NCBI GenBank assembly: GCA_025594325.1
Contig: JANHCV010000006.1
Span: 1,798,001 to 1,862,000, forward strand
Source: Blastocladiella emersonii ATCC 22665
Taxonomy: Eukaryota; Fungi; Blastocladiomycota
Length of the DNA: 64,000 nt
Direction of reading: 5' to 3'
The notes beneath the pieces were generated by a model that was not told the DNA's origin, made no database searches, and saw only the letters and a program-made list of their open reading frames with translations. This document shows positions 22,512 through 33,270 of the stretch, piece by piece (the stretch's first letter is position 1; the number at the start of each line of letters is the position of its first letter). Both the position numbers and the translations under genes were made by a program.

Positions 22512-22629
22512 TCACGGCTTGTGGCGCTTGGTGGCCTCGTTGCCTGGGCCGGCCGAGTCGGGCGCGCTCGAGTCGTCGCGCGGGTGCGCCTGCTTGGTGT
22601 GCTGCGCCGTCGAGTCCGAAGCCGAGGAC

Positions 22630-22660
<31 letters not shown>

Positions 22661-23056
22661 CAACGCCAGGCGGCGTGGCATCCGTCGAACCCGAGACCGA
22701 CGGCGCGACGGGACCGATTCCCGAGGTGAAGGCCATGCCGCCAACGATCTCGAACTCGTCGAGTTCTGCAGCCATGGTCGATGACGGCGCCGCAGCCCCA
22801 TGAACGACCGTGGCCGTGGGGTGCTTGGGCTCGAGGGTCATGAACACGGCGTTGTTGCTGACCGAGGGTACGGGGATCTGCTGCGCGTCCTTGATCTCGT
22901 CGAGGTGGGCCGGCGACAGGAGGCGCGCGTGATCGTAGGCGTCGCGCTCGTAGTTGCGCTGCAGCTCGAGGGCCGATTTGGAGAAGGCGGGAGCAGGAGG
23001 CGAGGGACCGCGGCGTGCGCGTTTCGGACCGCGTTGATGCGGATCGTTGCAGCCAT
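22512..23056 (-). pseudogene. Small gene with a presequence-like start, apparently broken by a 1-nt frameshift near 22990 (or an assembly error)
   Basis: ATG at 23056 gives MAATIRINAVRNAHAAVPRLLL (Arg-rich, no acidic residues). The GC3-rich coding frame AFSKSALELQRNYERDAYDHARLL... continues one base out of phase at a C-run. Confidence 0.45.
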
Positions 23057-24040
23057 CACCGGGGGTGTTGGAGACAACCAATGGAACCCGCTCCGAGTGG
23101 TGGATGAGGGGCACAAGCGGGCGCGGTTGGGCGCCTGGACAAACGAGGGCGGGAGGTTGCGAACGCGTTACGAGCGGACGACGAGTGGAACCGGCCTGAA
23201 CCAGTTGAGGGTGACGGGAGGCCAGGATAAGAGCGGGAGCCCCGTGTGACGGGGTGACGAGCGAGGGCAGGGCGGGACCGTGCGCTGGCGGTGCGCTTGA
23301 ACTAGCCGCTGAAGGAAGACCGATGCCGACGCGGCGCTCGGGATCGCGTGGGCCACGTAGCGACCCGGACTAGGGCCTTTTATTGTTTGGGGAGCCATTC
23401 GTTAGCAAACGAATCAACAGGCATGACGTGCATACGGCGGATGGTTCTTGTTCATGTCTGATCGGGCTCAAGTGATAAACAGCGTTGGAGAAAGCTCGTT
23501 GCAGGAGGTTACATGAGGTATTGAAGAAACTGGAGGTGGGTTTGGAGAAGTCAGAGAACGCGGGGGGTGAGCGAGCGAGTGGGGGAGCGCACGCTCGCGG
23601 CCAACGCGTCGTGGCGGGCATCACGTGTTGCGACCGGCGCGTTCCGCCTTCCGCCCGTTTGCGCGCAGCGCTCTCGTTTCCCGTCCTGGGACTGTAGCCG
23701 CCCATGGATCGCTCGCCGATGTGGAACTGCATGCACCGCGTCCTCTGCCTGAAGCGCCGCTGCCGCCCAGGCTGCCACCGCTCGCCACTCCCCCTCCCCA
23801 ACCCCACCTCCCTCGCCCTTACTCCCCGCGATACGGCGACAATGAGCCTATACATGGAGCAAATGAACGTGCACCTCGCTGGGACCGCCCCAGAATGGTC
23901 CTGTCGCTCCTCCTGAGTCTCGCGGTAGCCCCTTCGTCACCACAAGGGTGCAGTTACCGCGTCAGCGTCCGCCAAACTGAGAGCGTGTTCCATGTCTCTC
24001 TTGCGTGACACATCGCATGTTGCCGCCGAGCGTCCCTGAA

Positions 24041-25651
24041 CTAGCGCCAGCGACGCCACCTTACCGCCTGCCCTTGGCGTCCCCGCCGTTGCCATGCGAA
24101 CGTCGTCCCAGGCCCCTCGCGACAGACTCGAGCTCTGACAGTGAACATAGAGTGAGAGACGACGTCGGCATCAGCGGGCTGGGTGACTGCGGCTAAGGCC
24201 GTGGCTCTTGCTGCGCGACCCGCCCGCCGCGAGGGTCCGCTTCGATCCAGCTTCGCTGGGAAAGCCTCGTACGCGAGACCCGTCGCAGCCTGTACGAAAT
24301 CCGATTGAGACGAAGCACCTGCTGTTGCCATCCGCAATGTATACGAGAAGAGGAGCAACCTCTCGTGCGCGCTGTTCATGTGACGCAAGAGCGCAGAGCC
24401 GTGAGCAAGGACGCTAAGCAATCCGCACGAGTTGATCAGGTTTCAGGTGTCGATCACGTCAAACGTCATCCCCTCGCGGTAGATCAGGTCCTCCATGACG
24501 AGTCCGCAAGGTTACCCACATCAATCGCGTCAAAGTTCAAGTCTGGGACGAGCAAATAGTCTTCCATGGCCGCGATCGCGTGCCCAGCAAGGAAGAGGAC
24601 GATGAGCTGAGAGCTTTGAAACGCGCTCTGAAGCGCGGAAATCCACTCGCGAAGCACCTTGAGAATGGCGCGCTCCGGGAGGTCGCGGTGGACGAACAGG
24701 TCGAACGCTTCCAGCGGCACCGCGTCCAAGTCGAGTGCGTAGTACGGCGTGCCGTCGAAGTGGAGAAGCAGCATGGTCGGGTTCACGACCGAGGCGGTCT
24801 GCGGATCGCCGTCAACAAAGTAGGACCCGCTGTTCGCAAGCCGCTCGATGTGGCACGCGGTGCGAGAAAACCGAGCAGGGGATGCGGCCTCGGCTTGCTG
24901 GCGCCGCAGCCGCTCCGTAACGAGGTCGGCGGGACTAGCGGCGCCATCGGACCGCGAAGCGGAAGCCAGATACTCGTCGCGCTTGGCGTGCAGCGTGTCG
25001 ACGGACCAGTCGACGTTGAGCCACGAGCGTCAGCAATGCCGCAGCTCGCGAATTGTGTCGTCGTCCGTGATGCGGAGCGGAGCATCGGCGGGGAAAGCTT
25101 CGTCGAGACACGAGCGCATCTGCGCGTCCCAGAATTCGCGGGCGTCGGGCTGGAGCGTGGGCGAATACCAAAGCTGACCGACCAAGTTCACGATCCGGGG
25201 GCTCGTCCGGGTTCGTGCGGATCGCGTGAAGAATGAGCAAGTTGCGAGCAAGAATCTCTGGACGGATATCGTTCAAGATGAAGTGGAGCTTGTACGCGCC
25301 GTCCAAAATCTTGCTCATGGTGTTGTGCGTAGTCAGGGCAAGCTGAGCAAGGTCGCCGCAGCCGCTAAGAAGCACAAACATGTCGCCACAAATGCTAGGA
25401 TTGTGGAAGAGAAGCACGTCGCGCGGCGGGGACTGCCGGAAGGGCCGGTACTTGCTCGGGGGCTCGCCCGGGTAGCGCGAGCGGCACGGCAGCGTGGGAC
25501 GCACGAAGTTGCGCTCGAACGGCAGGCTCGGGCCCTGCGCGGGAGCAGGTTCATGGGCGGCCACCTCGGTGCTCGCCGCCTGAGAAGGAGGAGCTTTAGT
25601 CGATGCATTGCGGCCAGTGGCCAGTGATTTCATTTTCTTTTTAGCCTTCAT
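24041..25651 (-). pseudogene. DUF4470-family pseudogene, apparently chimeric
   Basis: DUF4470 motifs VLLSGCGDL and LHFILNDIRPEILARNLLIL. Frameshift in a C-run near 25200, in-frame TGA at 25030-25032 (HC*RSW) and at 24443-24445 (FDVIDT*NL), and a duplicated FD.ID..NL motif near 24500. Confidence 0.75.
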
Positions 25652-25758
25652 TGCAAGTGTGGGGGGTCTATCGAAGGGAGAACGAGCGCTCGACGGCACG
25701 CAGACAAGGCCAACGAGGTGTATTATCACCCTCTCCATCACACCACATCCTCCCTCCC

Positions 25759-28700
25759 TCACTCGTCGAGGACGACCACATCCGAGATGGGCCGCGGCCG
25801 CGCGACGGGCCACATGCAGTCGGTGCGGACCGCGAGGATCTGGAACCCGTCGCCGCCGCCGTCCCCGCCCGACCGCGGGACCGACGCCGCCGCCGCCGCC
25901 GCCGCCTGCATGGCCGCGAGGTACGACCGCGGGAGCTCGAACCGGATATCAGCCACGACGCTGCCCTCGGCCGCGGGTGCCCCCGATCCGCTTCCACGCG
26001 AAGGCGCCCACCACGCGGTCGACAGGACGTGCACGTTGATCGGGTTCGGGACGAGGAAGCGGTCGGCGGCGACCGCGGGGCCGACGGCGGCCGTGGCCGA
26101 GCTGAGCACGTTGGCCGCAGCCGTGGCGCCGTGCGCAATGTACTCGACGAGCGCGTGCGACGACGCGTTGTTGACGGCGGACGCGCGCTTAGCTGCGCCC
26201 TTGAGGTTGAGCACGCGGCGCACCGCCCCGAGCTTGCGCTCGTTCGCCGCCGCCGTCACGGCTTCGGGCATCGCGGGCCCGATGAGCAGGCCGAGCGTGC
26301 GCTGCGCTGAGTCGAACTGGCTCGCCGTGATGGCCGAGCCCGCGAGCCCGGCGCCGGTCGCCGTGGCGGCGACTGAGGGCGCGCCGGCGCGGAGCAGCGC
26401 CGCGGCGGGGACGAGCAGCTCGACGTTGGGCAGGACGCACACGACAATGGCCGATGGGAACGGGCGCGGGACGCGGATCCCCATGCGGAGCGCGGGGAGC
26501 CAGCGGGCCGCCGCCATGGAAAAGTCGAGCAGGAACGGCGACCAGTTGGGGAACTTGGCGAGCGCGGGCGGCGTCATGGCGAGCGCTGTCGCGGCCGGCT
26601 GCTGCTGGTGCGGCGTGGCCCCAGCGGCGGACTGCAGCGGCAATGCCGTGGACCATCGCGCGGGGTCCTGCGTGGCGGTGCTCGCGGGGCTGGTGGGCGA
26701 GGCCGCAGCCAACAAGTCCTCGACGACCTGGACGAGCCAGTGGCGCGGGTACCCGAGGAACACGAGGCGGTCGAGGAGCGCAAAGAACCCGTGGATGTTG
26801 AGCCCAAAGTTGCGTTCGGGGAGGTACGCCGCGACCGCGGGCGTGACGAGCCCGAGCTCCTTGGCCCACTGCGCGCCGTTCTGCGCTGCAAAGTCGACGC
26901 CGTACGGCCCGCGCGACGGGTCCGCGTAGGGGAGGATCGTGTACACGAACACTTCGCGGAGCCAGCTGGCGACCACCGAGTTGGGCGCGAGACGGCCGAA
27001 CGCGGCGGGCGGGTTGCGCGCACCGGGTGTGAGCGTCCACCGGTAGTCAACGAGGACGGCGCCGCTGAACCGTGTGGACGAGCCGCTGGTCTTGGGCTGC
27101 GCCGCGCCCGACGGCTGCTGCTGCTGCTGCTGTGGCGGTTGCTGCTGCTGCTGCGGGTCCTGGAGCTCCGCGGGCATCGGCCCGACGAGCTTCTGCAGCT
27201 CGGGGTTAGCAAACTCGAGCGCCTTGCGCGCGTGCTCGATCGACTTCCTGCTGAGCACGAGCGGCATGACGCCGAGGATCTGCGCGAGCCTGGCTGGCGA
27301 GTCGGCGCGCGTCGAGTGGCGGACCGCGCGGGCGAACTCGTCGGCGATACACTCGTCGGCATGACGCAAGAACAACGTCGGCCGGGGCCGCGTCGCCGTG
27401 ACGGCGCTGTCGGCAGGCCCAGCGCGCAGGGCCCACCGGTTCCCACCGATCCCGATCGTCCCGACGAGCGCGGTCGCGGGGAACGGCGGGAGGATGAACT
27501 GCGCGTGCGGCGCCGTAGGCTTGAGCAGCTTGGGCGCGTCCGTGAACAGGGCGAGCCAGCCAGGCGCGTGCGCCTCGGGCCCGCCGAACACGACGCGGTC
27601 GTACTGCGTTTGCTCGCGCATCGCGTGCACGAGCGCGGCCGGGCCGTCGTCGACGCGCATCGTGATGTTCAGCGCCGGGACGGGCGAGCCTGCGGCGAGC
27701 GCGGCCTTGCGGCCGTCCTTGGTGTACGTGCTGGGCGGCGCCGAGTCGGGCGTGAGCGCGTTGAGGGCGTCGGCGACGAGGGCGAAGAAGGCGGCGCTCC
27801 AGTCGAACAGCAGGATCGGCGGGTGTGGCGAGTCGGCGCGGACCATGCTCTCGACCATGTCCCACACCCACCGCTGCGCGACGAGCTGCTGGAATACCTC
27901 GGCCGACTGCAGGCCCGGGAGCTGGTCGCCGTTGGCCCCGCCGGCGCGCGGCACGGCCGGTGTCGCGTTCGCAGCGGCGGTGGAGGGAGTGGAGGTGGCG
28001 GCGGGGGTAGGCGAGGTGGAGGGGGTAGATTTTTCGGGTAACGGTTTCGTAGTAGATGTAGTAGTCGATGCTGTCGCCGCCGTTGCCGCCGCCGGATCCC
28101 CACCGCCGCCAACCACGGACGCGAGCGACGGTAGCGGCTCGCCCCCATCGACGCTGGGCGCGCGCGGGAGCGGGTCGGGCGACCAGAACACGGCGTCGTT
28201 CGGGAGGAGCATGCGGTTCGCGCGCCACTCGCTAGCGATAGAGACGAGGATCCGCTCGAAGCGGGCTGCGAACTTGGCGGGGTCGGTGGTGCGCGGGTGC
28301 GAGTGGCGGCAGACGCAGTGCCAGTCGCGGAACGCCTCGGCGAACTCGGGCGACTGAAGCTGCGCGGGCGGGACGAGGCACCGGAAGTAGAGCGCCCAAA
28401 CCTGCTCGTCGTCGACTTCGTCGAGGAACAGGCGCGGCGGGTAGTCCATGAGCCGCGCGTACTTTTCCATGAGCTGCAGGCTGCGGCGGAGCTCGGCGAC
28501 GTTGGTCCCGAGACTCGGCATGGACTCGAGGATCGACGCGAGCTCCGCGTCGCTCAGGTCCTTGGGCAGGCGTGCGAGCAGCTCGACCAGCTTGCTCTGC
28601 GCCTTGGTGTCGGCCGACCCGACGAGGTCGCGCAGCCGCTCGTCGATCTCGTCGACCGTCATGCCCTGGATCCGGGTCGGATCGCTCGCGGCGTCGCCGG

Positions 28701-31700
28701 GGACCGTCGCCTTGACAGCGGCAGTCGACGCGGCGTTTGGCTTCGGCGGCGTTGGAGCAGGCGCGGTGCCTTTCGGCGACACAGCCGTCGGCCGCGGCGG
28801 CGCGTTCGGGACCATATCCGCGTGGTGGAACCGTCCGATCGGACACGTAGCGTCGGTCGAGCACGTCGAGAGCGAGACGCGGCGTGCGCGGCCGCTGGTG
28901 TACTTGGTCGGGCTCGACGACTGCGAGCGCGGGGCGGCCGCGGGTCGGGCCGGCGACTGCGCCACCGCGCCGCGCTGCGGGGAAGCGGCACCGACGTCAG
29001 CCTTGTTGATGGGCTTGAGCGGCATGACGCTGGGCGGGACGCCGTTGGTGGACACGGTCGAGTGCAGTGCGCGGAAGTCGGGGACGAGGTAGTCCTCGTC
29101 GTCGTCCGGGTGGTCGCCGGTGTCCCTTGGGCTGCGCGTGCGCTTACTCCCGACACCACCTCCACTCCCACCGACACGCGCGTCACAATTGGCGCCGAGA
29201 TGGAGTTCGGGGAGATTCGACAGCCGCGGGAGAACACGGGCGCGCGCCGTGGCGTCAAACGCGGCGTGGTCGCGGACCCACAGCGCGAGGACGCGGCGCA
29301 CGCGGTCCCACGACGCGCGGTCGAGGGTGACGGCGGGCAGGTGCGCGAGCGGGGCGCCCGGGTTGCACTGGAGCAGGTCGCCGACGATGTCGCGGAACAG
29401 GGCGTCGAGCTGCGGCGGGATCAGGTGGCCGAAACACAGGTAGTGCGCGAGCGCCGCGAGGTTCGTCGAGTCCGTGTCGGCGTGCAGCGCGGCGAGCGGG
29501 GAGGCGCGCTCGGTGCCGCTAGACCGGCGCTCCGTGGCGCGCCGCAGCGCACGGCCGAGCCGGGTCAGAACCGCAAGCATGACGAGGGCGCGCGCGACGG
29601 CCGCGGGTTCCGCGTCGGCGAAATGGACCGTGAGGAGCAGCTGCTTGGCGATCGCGTCGGGCTCGGCGTGCTTGGTGGGCCACGTCGGGACCGTGTCCGG
29701 GGACGCGCTCTCACCCGCCTTCTCAGTGCCGGCAGCAGCGATCCGCGCCGCCTGGACCGCAGCATCGAGCACCGTGATCCACAGGGCGCGCCCGGCATCA
29801 TCGACACCGTTGAACATGACGCGCGCGCGCTGGCGTGACGCGGGGGTCCACCGTGCAAACTCGATGCGCGCGTCGGGGTCCTCGTCGACCATGGTGCCTG
29901 CGCCGAGACTGACCCAGTCGGGGCTGTGCTCCGTATACTCGTGGGCGACGGCGGACCAGACGATGGACGACGACTGGCCCTTGGGCGGGTACGCGCCGGG
30001 GTCCGCGGGCGCGATCATGTAGGGGACGCCCGAGAGCGCCGAGATGGCGGGCGTGAGGGCGTTGCCGAGGATGCCCTGGCGGATCCACGAGTCCCACGGG
30101 CGCGTTGCGGCCGCGGTAGCGGTGCCCGCAGCGGGCTTGCGCACCACCATTGCGGCGGGCGGCGCCGCGGACGCGCGGGTGCGCGGGAGCGTCAGGAGCT
30201 CGTCGCGCAGATCCTCGGCGGTGCGCGGGTCCCAGTCAACGGCGGCAAAGTCCTCGTGCGCCTGGAGGTGTTTCGCGGCCTGGTGGATCTGGGCGAGGTC
30301 GCGGTCGAGGGCGGCAGCCGCGCTCGGACCAGTGCCCGCCTGCTGCTGCTGTTGCGGCTGCTGCTGGCCCGCCGCCGCCGCGGACGTGGGCGATGCGGCG
30401 AACGCGGGGACGCTGCACCCGGTGCCCGCGTTCCCGCTCTCGTTCGCGACGGCGTTGACGCCCGTGAGCTCGCCGAGGTACAGCTGGCAGCGTGCGCGGC
30501 GGGCGAGGTTCTTTTTGCGGAGCACCGTGAGCCGGGCGACCTCGGCGTCGGCGACCTCGATGGCGCGCTGCGACGTTGCGAGCGCCTGCTGGTACTTGCC
30601 GAGCTCGTACTCGCACGCGGCGAGGTTCGAGAGGTACACGGCGCACGAGGGGGCGAGCGCGGCGGCGCGACGGTAGCACGCGAGCGCGCGGTCGAGATCG
30701 CCGCCCGCGTAGTACCGGTTGCCCTTTTCGCGCTCAGCCTCGGCCTCGGCCGACGCGGGGCCGAGACTGGTCCCGCTGGGCGCGCGCGACAGCGGCGGGG
30801 CTGATGCAGGCGATGGCGCAGGAGTCGCTGCTGTCGCGGCTGCAGGCGCACGCTTACGAGCCGCAGACGCGGTCGCCGGTAGACCGAGCTTGGCGCTCGA
30901 CGCGGGCTGGATCTCAACGATCTCGCCGTCGGGCCTGATCTCGTACAGGGGCGAGTCGACGGCGACCCCCGCGTCGGCGCCGAGGCCGCGGGAGACCTCG
31001 AACCGGAGCTGGACCGTTGGCGGCGCGGCGCCAGTGCGGTTGGTGGACTCGAGGAACTGGGCGGCGACGACGTCGAAGACGGCCTTGGCCTCGGCCTTGC
31101 CGACCGCGTCCATGCGGAACACGGCGGCCGCCGCGGATGCGGGGGCGACGACGACGGATGCGGCCGCGGCGGGCGTGGCCATGGCGGCGGACGACCCGCT
31201 CGGCGAGAGGACCGCGGCCGAGTCGACGTGCGCGGTGCCGAACTGGTGCGCGGGGCGGATCGGGGTCACGCGTGCCGCCGCCGCCGCATCCTTGACGTTG
31301 GCCGCCGCGGACGTACCCGCGACAGACGCGGGACGGCCGCTCGGCGGCGCCGCGTGTGGCGTGGCGGCGGAGGTGGTGGCAGCCGCCTTGCCATCGTCGG
31401 TCGGGATGGACGGCGGGAGCGGGGCAAAGTGCGGGACGGTTGGCTCGGAGACGGTGCGCTTGGCGGGGACCGCCGCCGCGGCGCCCGCGGTCGTCGCCGC
31501 CGGCGGTGCAGCAGTGCCCGGGATCGTGAACGAGAAGTTGGTGGTGGTGGCGGGGAGGCTGCCCGTCTTCTGGAGCGACTGGCCGAACGAAAACCCGGGG
31601 AACGCGATGGTGGCAGCGGCGGCAGGTTGCGGCTGCGTCGCCGGCTGCGGCTGCTGCGTCGCGAAGCGACGATCGGCATCACCACCACCACTGCTGCCGC

Positions 31701-33270
31701 CGCCGCCAAAGAGCGACGCGATCCAGCCCTCGCTCGCCGGGGCCGGAGCCGCGGGCGTAGCGGATCGAGGCGTGGCGGACGCCGCGACGGGCGTCGCCGT
31801 AGGGATCTCCGGGTCCGACTTGGACCGGCCGTTTGGTGGCGGCTGGTGGTGGTGCTTCGGGAGCTCGGGCGCGGAGGACGCGGGTTTCGCGGACGTCGGG
31901 CTCGTCGGGCGCCACTTGGCCCACCCCATGGCCGGCTTGGCCGCGCTCGCGTTCGCGACGGCGACGTTGAGGGCGGGCGGCGGGGATTTGGAGGCGGCAG
32001 TTGACGCTGGAACAGGCGCGGCCGCAGCGGTAGCAGCGGTCGATGCCGAAGCGGCGGGCGCGGGCGATCGAGCGGACCGGGTCGGGCTCTTGCTCGACGG
32101 GGTGGTCGCGGAGGTGGGCGAGCTCGGCGCGCTGAACTTGGCGACGAGCGCGCGCACCGAGGTGCGGGCCGTCTCGACGATCGACAGCGGTTTCGCCGGG
32201 GTCGCGGGCGGGGCGGGTGCGGCGGCAGCCGTCACCGGCGGCATCGGCAGCGGCGCGGGAACAGGTGCGGGTGCGGGTGCCGATGCAGGAGCATGAGCTG
32301 GCTTCTGCTTGCCCGCGGTCACCGCTGCAGCGGCGGGGACGGTAGCGGTAGCGGTAGCGGCCGCCACTGGCGACGCCGCGATCGAGAACCCGAGCTGCTC
32401 CATACGCAGTGCCTCGGCGCACGCGGCGCGGACCGAGTCGGCAAAGGTCGGGTGGGACGCGAGGACGCGGGAGATTTCGGCGGGGTCGACGTTCCCGATG
32501 GCGCCCATGGAGGTGCGCAGGGACTCGGCGAGCTGCGCGGCCTGCTGGCTGCCGAGCGCGAGGCCCGTGTCGTGGGCCTGGCGGAACACGTCCATGATGG
32601 CGGAGAGGTCGGCCGGGAGGGCGGCGGTGACGGCTGCGGTGGCGGCCAGAATGGCGGCGTTGGCGGAGGCGGTCTGCGCGGCCGTGGCCGTGGCGGTGGA
32701 GGATGGTGGTGGAGGCGGGTTCGGCGGCGGCGGGAGGCCCGCGAGCGGGACGCTGGAGGGCGCGGACTGGGTGCGCTCGACGCGGGGCGCAGGTGCGGTT
32801 GTTGTAGCGGCGGGGGCAGGAGCGGCCGCTGGAGATGGCTGGGCGGGTGCCGTGCGCGCGGTGGTCGCGGCGGCATCCGGGCTCGTCTTGGGCTGCTGCG
32901 ACTGGGTCTTGGTCGCAGTCGACGGCACAGCTACGGGGCGGGGAGTCGGCGTTGCTGCAGGAGCTGTCGTCGCTGCGGGAGCCGGTTTCGCGGCAGCAGC
33001 AGCAGCAGCAGCAGCAGCCGCGGGGGCCGGCTTGGCCTTGGCCGCGGCGGCCGTCGACGCGGGCTTTGCGGCCGCAGCGGGTGTTGCAGCGGGTGCGCTC
33101 GGCGACGGATTAGCGGCGGCGGGCACGACGAGCGGCGTCAATCGCGGGGACGCGGGCGGCAGGCCGGCCTCGGCGCGCATGAGGTCGGTGGAGGGCGGCT
33201 GGTCCTCGCGCGGGTGGTGCGGCGAGGCGCGCGACGCGAGGTACCGCTTCCGGCCTTTTGGTTTTCCCAT
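25759..33270 (-). CDS. Giant single-exon protein (about 2500 aa): disordered Ala/Pro/Thr-rich N-terminus, 3 TPR repeats, DUF4470-like domain, uncharacterised C-terminus
   Basis: Uninterrupted ORF with first ATG at 33270. TPRs EREKGNRYYAGGDLDRALACYRRAAALAP...YLSNLAACEYELGKYQQAL at about 30470-30745. DUF4470-like VMFNGVDDAGR...LTVHFADAEPAAVARALVML at about 29570-29830. Confidence 0.85.
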   Translation of the reverse strand: MGKPKGRKRYLASRASPHHPREDQPPSTDLMRAEAGLPPASPRLTPLVVPAAANPSPSAPAATPAAAAKPASTAAAAKAKPAPAAAAAAAAAAAKPAPAATTAPAATPTPRPVAVPSTATKTQSQQPKTSPDAAATTARTAPAQPSPAAAPAPAATTTAPAPRVERTQSAPSSVPLAGLPPPPNPPPPPSSTATATAAQTASANAAILAATAAVTAALPADLSAIMDVFRQAHDTGLALGSQQAAQLAESLRTSMGAIGNVDPAEISRVLASHPTFADSVRAACAEALRMEQLGFSIAASPVAAATATATVPAAAAVTAGKQKPAHAPASAPAPAPVPAPLPMPPVTAAAAPAPPATPAKPLSIVETARTSVRALVAKFSAPSSPTSATTPSSKSPTRSARSPAPAASASTAATAAAAPVPASTAASKSPPPALNVAVANASAAKPAMGWAKWRPTSPTSAKPASSAPELPKHHHQPPPNGRSKSDPEIPTATPVAASATPRSATPAAPAPASEGWIASLFGGGGSSGGGDADRRFATQQPQPATQPQPAAAATIAFPGFSFGQSLQKTGSLPATTTNFSFTIPGTAAPPAATTAGAAAAVPAKRTVSEPTVPHFAPLPPSIPTDDGKAAATTSAATPHAAPPSGRPASVAGTSAAANVKDAAAAARVTPIRPAHQFGTAHVDSAAVLSPSGSSAAMATPAAAASVVVAPASAAAAVFRMDAVGKAEAKAVFDVVAAQFLESTNRTGAAPPTVQLRFEVSRGLGADAGVAVDSPLYEIRPDGEIVEIQPASSAKLGLPATASAARKRAPAAATAATPAPSPASAPPLSRAPSGTSLGPASAEAEAEREKGNRYYAGGDLDRALACYRRAAALAPSCAVYLSNLAACEYELGKYQQALATSQRAIEVADAEVARLTVLRKKNLARRARCQLYLGELTGVNAVANESGNAGTGCSVPAFAASPTSAAAAGQQQPQQQQQAGTGPSAAAALDRDLAQIHQAAKHLQAHEDFAAVDWDPRTAEDLRDELLTLPRTRASAAPPAAMVVRKPAAGTATAAATRPWDSWIRQGILGNALTPAISALSGVPYMIAPADPGAYPPKGQSSSIVWSAVAHEYTEHSPDWVSLGAGTMVDEDPDARIEFARWTPASRQRARVMFNGVDDAGRALWITVLDAAVQAARIAAAGTEKAGESASPDTVPTWPTKHAEPDAIAKQLLLTVHFADAEPAAVARALVMLAVLTRLGRALRRATERRSSGTERASPLAALHADTDSTNLAALAHYLCFGHLIPPQLDALFRDIVGDLLQCNPGAPLAHLPAVTLDRASWDRVRRVLALWVRDHAAFDATARARVLPRLSNLPELHLGANCDARVGGSGGGVGSKRTRSPRDTGDHPDDDEDYLVPDFRALHSTVSTNGVPPSVMPLKPINKADVGAASPQRGAVAQSPARPAAAPRSQSSSPTKYTSGRARRVSLSTCSTDATCPIGRFHHADMVPNAPPRPTAVSPKGTAPAPTPPKPNAASTAAVKATVPGDAASDPTRIQGMTVDEIDERLRDLVGSADTKAQSKLVELLARLPKDLSDAELASILESMPSLGTNVAELRRSLQLMEKYARLMDYPPRLFLDEVDDEQVWALYFRCLVPPAQLQSPEFAEAFRDWHCVCRHSHPRTTDPAKFAARFERILVSIASEWRANRMLLPNDAVFWSPDPLPRAPSVDGGEPLPSLASVVGGGGDPAAATAATASTTTSTTKPLPEKSTPSTSPTPAATSTPSTAAANATPAVPRAGGANGDQLPGLQSAEVFQQLVAQRWVWDMVESMVRADSPHPPILLFDWSAAFFALVADALNALTPDSAPPSTYTKDGRKAALAAGSPVPALNITMRVDDGPAALVHAMREQTQYDRVVFGGPEAHAPGWLALFTDAPKLLKPTAPHAQFILPPFPATALVGTIGIGGNRWALRAGPADSAVTATRPRPTLFLRHADECIADEFARAVRHSTRADSPARLAQILGVMPLVLSRKSIEHARKALEFANPELQKLVGPMPAELQDPQQQQQPPQQQQQQPSGAAQPKTSGSSTRFSGAVLVDYRWTLTPGARNPPAAFGRLAPNSVVASWLREVFVYTILPYADPSRGPYGVDFAAQNGAQWAKELGLVTPAVAAYLPERNFGLNIHGFFALLDRLVFLGYPRHWLVQVVEDLLAAASPTSPASTATQDPARWSTALPLQSAAGATPHQQQPAATALAMTPPALAKFPNWSPFLLDFSMAAARWLPALRMGIRVPRPFPSAIVVCVLPNVELLVPAAALLRAGAPSVAATATGAGLAGSAITASQFDSAQRTLGLLIGPAMPEAVTAAANERKLGAVRRVLNLKGAAKRASAVNNASSHALVEYIAHGATAAANVLSSATAAVGPAVAADRFLVPNPINVHVLSTAWWAPSRGSGSGAPAAEGSVVADIRFELPRSYLAAMQAAAAAAASVPRSGGDGGGDGFQILAVRTDCMWPVARPRPISDVVVLDE

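Noticed and set aside
14229-25032. Stop-codon reassignment or selenocysteine to explain in-frame stops
   Set aside because: All three stop types occur as lesions, all three terminate intact genes here, and the same genes also carry frameshifts.
26900-33100. CAG/GCA/GCC trinucleotide runs
   Set aside because: They encode ordinary poly-Gln and poly-Ala tracts in a disordered protein.
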